DNA of 64,000 nt from an uncultured Methylomirabilota bacterium (GTDB lineage: Bacteria; Methylomirabilota; Methylomirabilia; Methylomirabilales; 2-02-FULL-66-22). Made by a program: the position numbers and the translations under genes. The notes below the pieces were generated by a model. The model ran no database searches. It was not told the origin of the DNA and worked only from the letters and a program-made list of their open reading frames with translations. Shown here one piece after another: positions 51,877 to 61,647 of the stretch (position 1 is its first letter; every line of letters begins with the position of its first letter). The DNA lies in contig CAWJSJ010000002.1 in assembly GCA_963845565.1 (NCBI GenBank), positions 1,792,001 through 1,856,000 of the forward strand. Direction: 5' to 3'.

Positions 51877-53208
51877 CTACTTCTTCTCGGTTTCCGCCAT
51901 GATGCGCTTCATGTCGGCGGCCGCTTTGTCGGCCGCGGCCTTCACGTCGCCACCCTGGATGGAGGTGACGATCGCCGCGCCCACGGCGTCCCGCACTTCG
52001 GCCACGGCGACCACCGGCGGGTTCCAGAGCGGCGTGCCGACTTTGGAGCCCTGGGCCAAGGATTCGGCCAGGTCAGCGGGAACCTTCGCCCGACCCTTCG
52101 GGTCCTTCCACACGGAGTCGCGCGCGCCGAGCACGCCCGCCTCGCTCTGGATCTTGAGCACCTGCTCTTTGTTCGTGGCCCACTGCAAGAAGAGCCAGGC
52201 CGCCTTCTGGTTCTTGCTGGTCTTTGGTATGCCCAGACCCCAGGGGGCCACGGTTCCGCCGGGATGGCCGTTGGGGCCCTTCGGGAACACGGCGTATCCC
52301 ACTTTGCCGATGACCTTGGACTTCTGTGGGTCCTCGATCACTGGAAACAGGGAGTTCGCATCCAGCCAGGTCGCGGCTTTTCCCTGGGAGAAGATGGAGC
52401 CAGCCTCGTACCAGTGGTTGTTCTCGGATCCCGGAGGCCCGTAGAGGCGGAGGAGGCGGCCCCACATGTCGATGGCCTTGACCGCCTCCGGACTGTTGAT
52501 GGCGGGCTCTCGGTTCGGGGTGAGCCAGGTGCCGTTCATGGCGAAGAGCATTCCCGCGAACTGGGAGGTGGCGGCGGCGCGCTTCCCTCGGGCCACGAAG
52601 CCGAACCCGGGCTGGCCGTCATCCGTCATGGGTTTGCCATTCAACGCTTTGGTAGCGGCTTCCAGCTCATCCAGGGTCGTGGGGACCTTCACGTTGTATT
52701 TCTGGAAGACGTCCTTCCGGTACATGAGAGCCGAGTTTTCTATCTGAATCGGCGGGCCGATCGTCTTTCCCTCGATGACCATGGCGTCGCGTGCCTTATC
52801 GAGGAAGTCGTTCCAGTTGTAGTCGGAGGCGGTGAGGGATGGATCTTTCAGAAACTCATCCACTGGCTGGTACCAGCCGGCCCGCATGTATTTCAGCCCC
52901 TCCTGACCGGGCATCGTCATGAAGACATCCATGCTGCTTGCACCGGACGTCAGCTCCACCAAGGTCTTGGCTCGGAACTGGTCCTCGGGGTAGACCTCGA
53001 CGACCAATTTCATGCCGGTGAGCGCCTCGAACTCCTTGAGGTGAGGCTCGATGCTGGCCTGCCAGGGGTGCTTGTTGATGAGCACGCGAAGCTGCGTGCC
53101 CTTGAACTGCTGCCAGTTGAACTGCGCGGCCTCGCTTGTGGCGGCCAGCGCTAGGCCCAGCAGCCCCACGATCAAAGCCACGGAACAAAGTCGCCGTGTG
53201 ATACCCAT
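51877..53208 (-). CDS. carbohydrate ABC substrate-binding protein (close paralogue of 50392-51723)
   Basis: same length (443 aa), long identical stretches. Confidence 0.92.
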   Translation of the reverse strand: MGITRRLCSVALIVGLLGLALAATSEAAQFNWQQFKGTQLRVLINKHPWQASIEPHLKEFEALTGMKLVVEVYPEDQFRAKTLVELTSGASSMDVFMTMPGQEGLKYMRAGWYQPVDEFLKDPSLTASDYNWNDFLDKARDAMVIEGKTIGPPIQIENSALMYRKDVFQKYNVKVPTTLDELEAATKALNGKPMTDDGQPGFGFVARGKRAAATSQFAGMLFAMNGTWLTPNREPAINSPEAVKAIDMWGRLLRLYGPPGSENNHWYEAGSIFSQGKAATWLDANSLFPVIEDPQKSKVIGKVGYAVFPKGPNGHPGGTVAPWGLGIPKTSKNQKAAWLFLQWATNKEQVLKIQSEAGVLGARDSVWKDPKGRAKVPADLAESLAQGSKVGTPLWNPPVVAVAEVRDAVGAAIVTSIQGGDVKAAADKAAADMKRIMAETEKK

Positions 53209-53506
53209 GTGACTCCCTCCTCATTGATGGGAAACGGCCCACCGGACGGTGGCGGGACCCGCCGGGTTTCGGCGCTCCCTTTCACAGTGCATTGCTAACA
53301 TACGTGAGGCCGGGAATCAAGGAGGGGATATGGCGAGTCGAGGGGATGTTCGCCGCGGAGCACGTTCGGCGGCGGCATCGGGAGAGCCGGCACTGCTCAA
53401 GCACGAGGAGGCCCAGGTGGGCCTCCTCGTGCGTTCTGCGGGGGACGGCTGCGTTGCGGTAGCGCACCGTCGTCCTCCCCTGGTGCGCCTCATGTCGGCG
53501 GAGACG

Positions 53507-54880
53507 CTACCGGACCGGGGGGGAGGCGCCTTCGGTTTGCGCCCGGATCTCTCGCAGCCGCATGGCTGCCGCCTTCGTGGCGGCGCGGATGTCCTCGCCC
53601 TTCACGGCGGCGGTGATCGCCTGACCGACGGCCTCGCGCGCCGAGGTCACTGCCGCCACGGGTGGGGCCCAGGCCGTGATCCCGATCCGACCCGCCTCCT
53701 GGAACGACTGGGCAAGATCCGCCGGGACTTCGCTGCGCGCCATCCGATCCTGCCAGCTCGATTCTCGGCCGACCAGAATGCCGTTCATGAGAGCCCTGCG
53801 GACCATCGCCGGGCTGCTGGCCCATTGCAGGAAGAGCCAGGAGGCCTCCCGATTGAGGCTGTGCTTGGCGATGGCCAGGCCGCGCACAGCGATCGTGGTT
53901 CCGGGCCCGCCTGGGCCGGCTGGGAAGAGGGCATAGCCGACCTGTTCCCGCACCCGGGAGCTGGACGACTCCTCGATCAGGGGATAAATGGAGCTTCCCT
54001 CGATGTACATGGCGGCGCGGCCGTCGAGGAACAGGGCGGAGGCCTCATGCCAGCCGAAGCGCGAGACGTCCGGTGGGGCGTACTGGCCGATGACGCGGTG
54101 AATCCACTCCAGGGCGGCGAGGCTCTGCGGCCCATCGATCGTCAACTGACCCCGCGTGTCGAGCCAGGTTCCCCCCATGGCGTGCAGGAGACCGGCGTAC
54201 ATGCCGGTCGCGACGGGGCCTTGGCCGCGGCTGACGATTCCGACGCCGGGCGCCCCCTTGAGACCCATGGGCTTTCGGTGGAGCAGCCGGGCGGCCGCCT
54301 CGAGCTCATCCAGGGTGCGCGGCACCGCAATCTTGTGCTGCTGGAAGAGATCCTTCCGGTAGAGCAGCGCCAGATGTTCCGCCATGACCGGCGGCCCGAG
54401 GATGGCTCCATCGACCTCCATCGCCGCCCGAAGCTTGGGCATGAAGTCGTTCCAGCGATAGTCCGAGGCGGTGAGGCGTGGGTTTGTCAAATAGTCGTTG
54501 ACCGGTTGGATGAGGCCACGTCGGAGAAAATGGATTCCATCAAGCGCAGGGACGTTCGAAAAGACGTCCACTCGGCCCGGCGTCTTCAGGTCGTTCTCCA
54601 ATATATTCCACACGGCCTCTTGGGGGTGAATCTCGGTCTCGAGGCGGATGCCGGTCAACTCCTCGAAATCCGTGAGGGAGCCCAGGATGGCCTGGTGCCA
54701 GGGACTTTGCCCCAGAATGAGCCGAAGCTTGGTACCCTGGAACTGGCGCCAATTGAGATTCGACGATGAGGCGGACGAGTCGCCCTGGGAGCCGGCGCAA
54801 CCGGTCACGAGCGCCAAGAGCGCTATGGCGAGCCATCCGCGCCACCGCCGGATGCGTTGGAATGCCGTTCCTGTCTTCAT
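53507..54880 (-). CDS. carbohydrate ABC substrate-binding lipoprotein
   Basis: lipobox VTGC; NWRQFQGT, YRKDLF. Confidence 0.9.
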   Translation of the reverse strand: MKTGTAFQRIRRWRGWLAIALLALVTGCAGSQGDSSASSSNLNWRQFQGTKLRLILGQSPWHQAILGSLTDFEELTGIRLETEIHPQEAVWNILENDLKTPGRVDVFSNVPALDGIHFLRRGLIQPVNDYLTNPRLTASDYRWNDFMPKLRAAMEVDGAILGPPVMAEHLALLYRKDLFQQHKIAVPRTLDELEAAARLLHRKPMGLKGAPGVGIVSRGQGPVATGMYAGLLHAMGGTWLDTRGQLTIDGPQSLAALEWIHRVIGQYAPPDVSRFGWHEASALFLDGRAAMYIEGSSIYPLIEESSSSRVREQVGYALFPAGPGGPGTTIAVRGLAIAKHSLNREASWLFLQWASSPAMVRRALMNGILVGRESSWQDRMARSEVPADLAQSFQEAGRIGITAWAPPVAAVTSAREAVGQAITAAVKGEDIRAATKAAAMRLREIRAQTEGASPPVR

Positions 54881-55112
54881 GACACGTCCTCCGCGCCCTT
54901 GGGGTATCCAGGGCGATCATGACCGCTCCATGAGCGGAGCCGAGTCCGGCTCACGCTAGCGATCCGTTTTGGGACTGTCAACTGAGAAGTGAGCCGTGAC
55001 CGAGGGGCCGCTGCGTCGGGCTCGCCAATCCCCTTGCGCCTCGGTCTTTTCCGGTGATAGCATCTGCCCGGCTTGAATAAACATAACGAGCGAACGTCTA
55101 AGGTACTGTGGG

Positions 55113-55703
55113 ATGCCGGGTTCTGAGGGGAAGGCGGATGACCGGGCACTGGTGGACCGGGCAGCCCAGGGGGATCGGGAGGCATTCGGCGCCTTGGTCC
55201 TTCGCCACCAGAACCGCGTCTTCAACGTCGCGTACCAGGTCGTTCGGAACCGCGAGGATGCCTTGGACGTCTCGCAGGAGGCCTTCGCCAAGGCGTTCGC
55301 CTCGCTGTCGAGTTTCAAGGGCGAGGCCGGTTTCACCACCTGGATGCACCGGATCGTCGTCAACCTGGCCATCGACTGTCTCCGCCGCAGGCGGCGCGGC
55401 GATGCGACCGCGTATGACGATCGGCTGGCCGTGCCGGAGGACGTGGAATCGGGCCTGGCAGCACCCGACGACCCGGCGGCCGCGGTGGAGAGTCGCCAGG
55501 TCCAATCGCTGCTCACTCGCGGCATCCAGGCGCTTCCGCCGGCGCATCGGGCCGTGCTGGTCCTGCGCGAGATCGAGGGGTTGAGCTACGACGAGATCGC
55601 GCGCGCCGTCGGCTGCAACCTGGGCACCGTGATGTCGCGACTTTTCTACGCGCGGCGGAAACTCCGAAAAGTTCTCGAACCGCACATGGACGACCTGCGG
55701 TAA
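55113..55703 (+). CDS. ECF RNA polymerase sigma factor
   Basis: DALDVSQEAF, FTTWMHRI..N, LSYDEIA, GTVMSRLFYAR. Confidence 0.93.
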   Translation: MPGSEGKADDRALVDRAAQGDREAFGALVLRHQNRVFNVAYQVVRNREDALDVSQEAFAKAFASLSSFKGEAGFTTWMHRIVVNLAIDCLRRRRRGDATAYDDRLAVPEDVESGLAAPDDPAAAVESRQVQSLLTRGIQALPPAHRAVLVLREIEGLSYDEIARAVGCNLGTVMSRLFYARRKLRKVLEPHMDDLR

Positions 55704-55804
55704 GCCGTTGCCAACGAATAACTTGATCGGAGAAATTCAGGGAACGGCATAAGGAGCCGTAACGAAATCAAAAAATGGACAAGTTATTTCGTAACGGCTC
55801 CTAA
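55701..55804 (+). mobile_element. ~105-bp element, copy 4
   Basis: flanked by TAA on both sides; the first TAA is the sigma factor stop. Confidence 0.85.
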
Positions 55805-55813
55805 AGGAATGGA

Positions 55814-56329
55814 ATGGGATTGACGCATCGGCTACACATACTCGGGAAGCAGGGTGAACGCCTGGCGGCCTATGCCGCGGGAGAGCTTCCCGCGGCCGAG
55901 CGCCCCCGCCTCGAGGCTCGGCTCGCGACGTGCCGCTCCTGTCGGCGGGACGTGGAGTCCTATCGTCGGATCAGCGCCGCGTTGCGAGAGACACCCCGCG
56001 TCCGCCTGTCGGCGGAAGAGGCGGCGGCATTCCTCCCCGGCGTGAATCGCCGGATCGACCAGGGCCGAGTCGGGGCGAAGCGGGGTGCGCGGCCGGGTCT
56101 GCGCGAACTCTTCTGGGATCATCCGCGCCTCAGCCTGGCGTCGGCGCTCACGGCGGTCCTGCTGGTGGCGGGTCTCACGCTGTCGCAGTTGCAGCTGTGG
56201 GGGACGACGGGCGTGAACGGCGTCGACGTGGTGTCGGTGGATGTGGCCGAAGACGCCTCGGTGTTGGTGTTTCAGATACCGGGCACCGCGCTCAAGGTCA
56301 TCTGGGTCTTTGACGACACCTCTTCCTAA
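55814..56329 (+). CDS. zf-HC2-like membrane anti-sigma factor
   Basis: LAAYAAGEL...RLATCRSC, one TM helix; follows the ECF sigma. Confidence 0.8.
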   Translation: MGLTHRLHILGKQGERLAAYAAGELPAAERPRLEARLATCRSCRRDVESYRRISAALRETPRVRLSAEEAAAFLPGVNRRIDQGRVGAKRGARPGLRELFWDHPRLSLASALTAVLLVAGLTLSQLQLWGTTGVNGVDVVSVDVAEDASVLVFQIPGTALKVIWVFDDTSS

Positions 56330-56342
56330 AGGGGGCGACGGC

Positions 56343-56816
56343 GTGCCATCTCTACGACTATTCCCCGGTCAGTCGTTTCCCGCGGGTCTGATACTTCTGG
56401 GCGTTCTCGGCGCATGGCTGGCCCTTCCCGGCCTCGGGTGGGGGCAGACCGTTTCTTTGCAGGCGCAGGTGATCTACGCAGCCAATCAGCCGGGCGGCGT
56501 GGACAGCCGCCTGGGGAGCCTGGCTGGGAACCTGCAGAAGACCTTTCGCTACTCGATGTACCAGCTGCTCGATGCGCCCAAAGGGTCGGCCACCCTGAAC
56601 CAGACGTGGCGGACTGGGCTTCCAGACAACCGGTCCCTGGAGATCACACCGACCGCCATCCAAGGTGGACAGTACAGCCTCACCGTGCGGGTCCTTGGCG
56701 CGGGCGGACAGGCGTCGTTGAGCACCGTGGTACGCCTGCGCCACGCAGCCACCGTCCTGGTCGGCGGGCCTTCCCACCAACAGGGTGTTCTGATCATCGC
56801 CATCTCGGCCAACTAA
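56343..56816 (+). CDS. exported hypothetical protein
   Basis: signal peptide; FRYSMYQLL...VLVGGP. Confidence 0.7.
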   Translation: MPSLRLFPGQSFPAGLILLGVLGAWLALPGLGWGQTVSLQAQVIYAANQPGGVDSRLGSLAGNLQKTFRYSMYQLLDAPKGSATLNQTWRTGLPDNRSLEITPTAIQGGQYSLTVRVLGAGGQASLSTVVRLRHAATVLVGGPSHQQGVLIIAISAN

Positions 56817-56834
56817 CCTCAATCGAAATTCCTG

Positions 56835-56998
56835 AACCGCCAAGACGCCACCGAGGCCCCAATCAGCCACAAGAGGCACAAGACGCACAAGGTATAGTCA
56901 GGGCCGCTGGGACGGAATGCTTTGATTCCCCCTGAGGCTTGTGCTTCTTGTGCATCTTGTGGATAGCTTCGGTGGCGTTCTTGACGTCTTGACGGTGA
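56835..56998. repeat. nested inverted 9-mer tandem arrays
   Basis: (CACAAGAnG)3 facing (CTTGTGCnT)3 inside CCGCCAAGACG...CGTCTTGACGG. Confidence 0.65.
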
Positions 56999-57210
56999 GA
57001 CGGGCCCCTCGGATCCGGGCTAACCCGCGGGCCGGGCCGTCATGCCTCGCTTTTTTCCGGATTCTTCGGCTCCGTGACCCGGCCGTTCGCGCCGGGAATT
57101 CCCTTGCGCCCTCCAAAAATTGTCGCTATACATACAAGAATTGTATGACTTCGATTCCGCGGGCGCGCGCTGGCTGGCGGTGTGAAGCCGCGGGGAGGCA
57201 GGTCCGAGGC

Positions 57211-57801
57211 GTGGCGGCGATCCGCGGTATCCTTTTCGACATGGACGGCGTGGTCGTCCATCAGCGGCTGGATTTTCCGGCGATCAAGCGGGAGATCTTC
57301 GGCGATACCGAGGGGTTCATCCTGGAGCGGATGGCCACGCTCCCGCCGGTAGAACTGGCACGGGCCGAGGCGATCCTGGAGCGGCACGAAAACGCTGCCG
57401 CCCTCTCGGCCGAGCCGATGGAAGGGATCCTTTCGTTTCTGGCCTGGATGGACACGCGCGGTCTCCGACGTGGCCTGGTGACCCGGAACAGCCGGAAGAG
57501 CGTGGAGCTTGTGCTGGGCCGCCTGGGCTTTGACTTCGATGCCGTGATCACCCGGGAAGATGCGCCGCCCAAACCGGCGCCCGACCCGGTATGGGCCGCG
57601 TGTCGTGGGCTGGGCGTCGAACCGCCCGAGGTCTTGTTTGTGGGCGACTTCGAGTTCGACATGCTGTCCGGCCGGCGCGCCGGCGCGCAGACGGTTCTCT
57701 TGCGGAACGGTGCGATAACCGAGTCGGCGAACGCGGATCTCACGGTGGGCTCCCTGGCGGAGCTGCGCGAATGGATCGAAGGGTACGCCGCGGTCCGGTG
57801 A
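57211..57801 (+). CDS. HAD-superfamily hydrolase
   Basis: FDMDG, VTRN, KPAPD, VGDFEFD. Confidence 0.9.
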   Translation: MAAIRGILFDMDGVVVHQRLDFPAIKREIFGDTEGFILERMATLPPVELARAEAILERHENAAALSAEPMEGILSFLAWMDTRGLRRGLVTRNSRKSVELVLGRLGFDFDAVITREDAPPKPAPDPVWAACRGLGVEPPEVLFVGDFEFDMLSGRRAGAQTVLLRNGAITESANADLTVGSLAELREWIEGYAAVR

Positions 57802-57871
57802 GGGGACGGCGGGGGACTCCGGTGCTGCGGTGAACGCGCGGTCGCTGAGACCGGCTGCGCGCGGATCGTCC

Positions 57872-57976
57872 GAAGCCGTTGTTAAAGAATTACGTGACCA
57901 GAGACATTCGGGAACGGCATAAGGAGCCGTAACGAAATCGCAAACAATGGACACGTTATTTCGTAACGGCTCCTAA
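57872..57976 (+). mobile_element. ~105-bp element, copy 5
   Basis: GAAGCCGTTGTTAAAGAAT...GGAGCCGTAACGAAAT...ATTTCGTAACGGCTCCTAA. Confidence 0.8.
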
Positions 57977-57988
57977 GGGCAGCCAGTC

Positions 57989-58819
57989 ATGCGCTACGTG
58001 GCAGCGGCCAAGACCGACGTCGGCCGAAAACGGCAGGGCAACGAGGACAGCTTCTGCCTGGCGGAGGATCTCGGCCTCTACGTGGTGGCGGATGGCATGG
58101 GGGGGCATGCCGCGGGTGAGGTCGCGAGCCGTTTGGCTGTGGAAACCATCCGGCAGACGATGGGGCAATATCTCGGCGGCCGCCCGACAGCAACCGCGGG
58201 CTCGACTGCCCCTGCCGGCTCGTGGGAGGCGAACTTCCTGCTTTCGAGCATCCGGAAGGCCAACCGGGCGATCTTCGATACCGCCAACGGGCGGAGCGAG
58301 TGCGCCGGCATGGGGACCACGGTGGCTGCCGCTCTAACCTGCGGCGACCGGTTCCTCGTGGCGCACGTCGGTGACAGCCGGATCTACCGGATTCGCGGAG
58401 GCGCGATCGAGCAGGTCTCGCGAGATCATTCATTCGTTCAACAACAGGTGGACCTCGGTCTCCTCTCGGAAGCGGACGCCCAACGATCCCAGTACCGGCA
58501 CATGATCACACGGGCCCTGGGTCACAAGGAGAGCGTGGAGATCGATCTGACGGAACAGCCGGCCCAAGTGGGGGATGTCCTGCTGCTCTGCTCCGACGGG
58601 CTGTCCGATCTCTTGGATCAGGACGAGATCCTTGTAGCCCTGGGGGAACACCCCACTGATCTGATCAAGGCCTGCGCTGCGCTGGTGGACCGGGCCAACC
58701 GCAAGGGGGGCGACGACAATATCACGGTGCTCATGATCCAGGCCCTGGCGGACCACGGGTACTCTTTTGAAAGACCCGGTGGCCTGCTGGGCTGGCTCAA
58801 GCGGGTGTTTGGCGGTTGA
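57989..58819 (+). CDS. PP2C-type Ser/Thr phosphatase (Stp1-like)
   Basis: NEDS, VADGMGGH, GMGTT, HVGDSR, CSDGL, DNIT. Confidence 0.95.
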   Translation: MRYVAAAKTDVGRKRQGNEDSFCLAEDLGLYVVADGMGGHAAGEVASRLAVETIRQTMGQYLGGRPTATAGSTAPAGSWEANFLLSSIRKANRAIFDTANGRSECAGMGTTVAAALTCGDRFLVAHVGDSRIYRIRGGAIEQVSRDHSFVQQQVDLGLLSEADAQRSQYRHMITRALGHKESVEIDLTEQPAQVGDVLLLCSDGLSDLLDQDEILVALGEHPTDLIKACAALVDRANRKGGDDNITVLMIQALADHGYSFERPGGLLGWLKRVFGG

Positions 58820-58946
58820 TGGCAAGGATGGCCCCCAGTTTGCATAGGAGTTCTTGAGGAGCACCACGGCCGGCTCACGGACGGCAAGGCCGACCCAACG
58901 GATTGGCGTCGGCGAATTTGGCCCCACCGGGAGGCAAGGAGGCGCG

Positions 58947-60830
58947 ATGCCGAGTCCCAAGTTTCCAGCGACGGCTACACTCCTGGATGCCAGGCAGTGC
59001 CCACTCGATAAATTCGATGCGCTCTTCGCGAAGATCACCCAGGAGCGCCGGATCGCGGATGGGTACTTCCTGCATGATCATCCCGACGCGGCGCTGGTGC
59101 TCTTTGTGGTGAACGGGTCACCCTACGGGGCAGGGCGCGCGGTCGGGCAGGCCTGCACGTTCCTGGAGATCCACGAGTTCTTCGCGGCGTATGCCGAGAA
59201 CCCGCAGACACCGCTCTCCTTCTTCGTCACCGACAAGCGGCTGCTATTAGGCCTGATGGTTCTCTTCCGTCATCAACCCGCTCTGACGTTCCGGACCGAC
59301 CTCACGGACATGTCGGATATTCTTCGCGCCGTGGCCGAGCGGAATATCGACCAGGTCCTCGGCCTTCGCTCGGCGGAAGATCGGGCCGTGTCCATCTGTG
59401 CGAAGGGGCGACCGATCGTGAATTTTTTCCCGCCAGGCGCCGGCGACGCCGCCAAGGATGCGTCGCTGGAGGCCCAGCTGGCGGCCTATGTACAGGGTCG
59501 GGATGGTGGGGTCTCGGTGGACGTGTTCGAGGAGACCCGGGTGGGACGCGCCGGCGATGCCATCCTGGCGACACCGGAGACGCGGGGCCGTTTGGTGGAG
59601 GTCTTCCTCGAAGTCGCCGCCAGGGTCAAAGAAGAGGAGGCGGCGGAAGCGGCGCGTTTGATCGACGTCCCGTCCGAGGAGCGTCTCCTTGTTGAACCGG
59701 AGATTCTCACCGCGCCGCTGCCGGCGGGTGAGCCGCCGGTCCCGAGTCCCGAGCCCGAGGTGCCACCGCTCACGCTGGAACCCCCCGCGGAGCCCGAGCC
59801 CGCGTTTATTCTGGAATCCCCGGCAGAGCCCGAACCGCCACTTGCCCTGGAACTTCCGGTGGAGGCCACACCTGCGTTTGTTTTGGAACCGCAGGCAGAG
59901 CCCGAGCCGCCACTCACGCTGGAACCCCCGGTGGAGGCCACGCCGGCGTTTGTCTTGGAACCGCAAGCGGAGCCCGAGCCACCGCTCATATTGGAATCCC
60001 CAGCGGAGGCTGAGCCGCCGCTCGCGCTGGAATCCCCAGTGGAAGCCGCTCCGCCCGTCATTGAAGCGTTGCCGCCCCTCCCGGACTCGACCTCGGAGGC
60101 GGGGCCGGCGACGGTGCGTCCCGTCGCGGAGGTGCTGCTCCTCCTCGGCGACAAACAACTGGGGGCATTCTCGCTGGGTGGGGGCGAGTTGACGATCGGA
60201 CGGACCCCCGGCAACGACATCGTGATCGACAACGTCGGGGTGTCTCGTCGGCATGCCGTGATGCGCGTGCAGGACGGCAAGGCGTTCCTGGAGGATCTCG
60301 GGAGCGCTAACGGAACCTTCGTCCGGGGGCAAAAGATCGAGCGCCACGAGCTTCAGGACGGGGACGAGATCGCGATCGTCAAGCACCGGCTCGTCTATCG
60401 CATTCCCAAAGACTCCGAGACCCCATCCCGGGTCGAACCCATGCCGGATCCGGGGCAGCGGACGATGTATATCGACACCACGACGATTGCTCAGGCCGTG
60501 GGATCACGGCAGGCGTCCCGCTCGGAGGGTGCCGCCGCGACCACGCTGCGCCCGCGGCTTCTCCTGCCAGACCTCAAGAAGTTCGCCCTGGACGAGGACG
60601 AGGTGACGCTCGGCAGCGGCTCCGGATGCCAGATCCAGCTCTCCGGGATGTTCGTCGGCCGCGTGCACGCCAAGATCGTGCGCACCAAGGAGGGGCAGTT
60701 GAAGATCCAGCACCTGAGCGGCCTGGCGGGGACCCGGGTGAACGGCGAGAAGATCTCGGAGCACATCCTGAAGCACGGAGACGAGATCGAGATCGCCAAG
60801 CAGAAACTCCTGTTCCGGCTCGAGCGCTGA
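58947..60830 (+). CDS. protein with two C-terminal FHA domains and a Pro/Glu-rich repeat linker
   Basis: IGR..SRRHA..SANGT; second degenerate FHA; 12-aa repeats. Confidence 0.88.
   Translation: MPSPKFPATATLLDARQCPLDKFDALFAKITQERRIADGYFLHDHPDAALVLFVVNGSPYGAGRAVGQACTFLEIHEFFAAYAENPQTPLSFFVTDKRLLLGLMVLFRHQPALTFRTDLTDMSDILRAVAERNIDQVLGLRSAEDRAVSICAKGRPIVNFFPPGAGDAAKDASLEAQLAAYVQGRDGGVSVDVFEETRVGRAGDAILATPETRGRLVEVFLEVAARVKEEEAAEAARLIDVPSEERLLVEPEILTAPLPAGEPPVPSPEPEVPPLTLEPPAEPEPAFILESPAEPEPPLALELPVEATPAFVLEPQAEPEPPLTLEPPVEATPAFVLEPQAEPEPPLILESPAEAEPPLALESPVEAAPPVIEALPPLPDSTSEAGPATVRPVAEVLLLLGDKQLGAFSLGGGELTIGRTPGNDIVIDNVGVSRRHAVMRVQDGKAFLEDLGSANGTFVRGQKIERHELQDGDEIAIVKHRLVYRIPKDSETPSRVEPMPDPGQRTMYIDTTTIAQAVGSRQASRSEGAAATTLRPRLLLPDLKKFALDEDEVTLGSGSGCQIQLSGMFVGRVHAKIVRTKEGQLKIQHLSGLAGTRVNGEKISEHILKHGDEIEIAKQKLLFRLER
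59755..60050 (+). repeat. 36-bp (12-aa) coding tandem repeats, ~8 units
   Basis: EPPLTLEPPAEP / TPAFVLEPQAEP units. Confidence 0.8.
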
Positions 60831-60933
60831 TTCCGGGGGCTTCGGATCGGGGGGAGGGGCTCTGAGTCCTGAGGTCCCCCCCGTTCCCAGCCCTGTTTGC
60901 CACTCCCGAACCCCGAACCTCCGGTTCCCGCCC

Positions 60934-61647
60934 ATGCACCTCGACGTCCTGTTCCTTCCTGGTGAATTGCCCTCGCGCTCCCGACCGGAAAGCACCGCGG
61001 TCGTGATCGATGTTATCCGCGCGACCACGACCATCGTGACCGCGTTCAGGAACGGGGCCCGGTCCGTGCTGCCCGTCACCACCCCGGAGGAGGCCCGCCG
61101 TGTGCGCGCGGTGACGCCCGACGCGGTGTTGGCCGGTGAGCGGGGCGGGCAGCGCATGGCCGGATTCGACCTGGGCAACTCGCCGCGCGAGTTCACGCGA
61201 GAGGCGGTTGGCGGGCGTGACGTGATCCTGACGACATCCAATGGCACCAAGGCGCTGCGCGCGGTCGGCGAGGGACGCGTCGTCGCCATCGGCGCGTTTC
61301 TGAACCGCGCCGGCGTGGCGGACTGGCTCGTGACCCGAGGTGAGGACGCGCTGATCGTCTGTTCCGGCTACGAGGGGATCTTCTCGCTGGAGGATTCGGT
61401 GTGCGCGGGGGCCGTCGTCGACCGAGCCGTGGCGCAGTCTCGGGAATTGCTGTTGGGCGATGGGGCCAGGGCCTGCCAGGTGCTGTGGACACGGTACGCA
61501 CCCGAGTTGCCCCGCTTCCTTCCCGACACCGGGTGGGGTCGCCACGTCGTCTCCATCGGCCTTGGCCCGGACCTGGATCTCTGCGCGGCGCTGGACGTGA
61601 CCGACGCGGTCCCCGTCATGACTGCGGGACGGATTGCGCGTCAGTGA
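60934..61647 (+). CDS. comB: 2-phosphosulfolactate phosphatase family protein
   Basis: VVIDVIRATTT, GERGG..GFDLGNSP, TTSNGT, SLEDSVCAG. Confidence 0.9.
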   Translation: MHLDVLFLPGELPSRSRPESTAVVIDVIRATTTIVTAFRNGARSVLPVTTPEEARRVRAVTPDAVLAGERGGQRMAGFDLGNSPREFTREAVGGRDVILTTSNGTKALRAVGEGRVVAIGAFLNRAGVADWLVTRGEDALIVCSGYEGIFSLEDSVCAGAVVDRAVAQSRELLLGDGARACQVLWTRYAPELPRFLPDTGWGRHVVSIGLGPDLDLCAALDVTDAVPVMTAGRIARQ

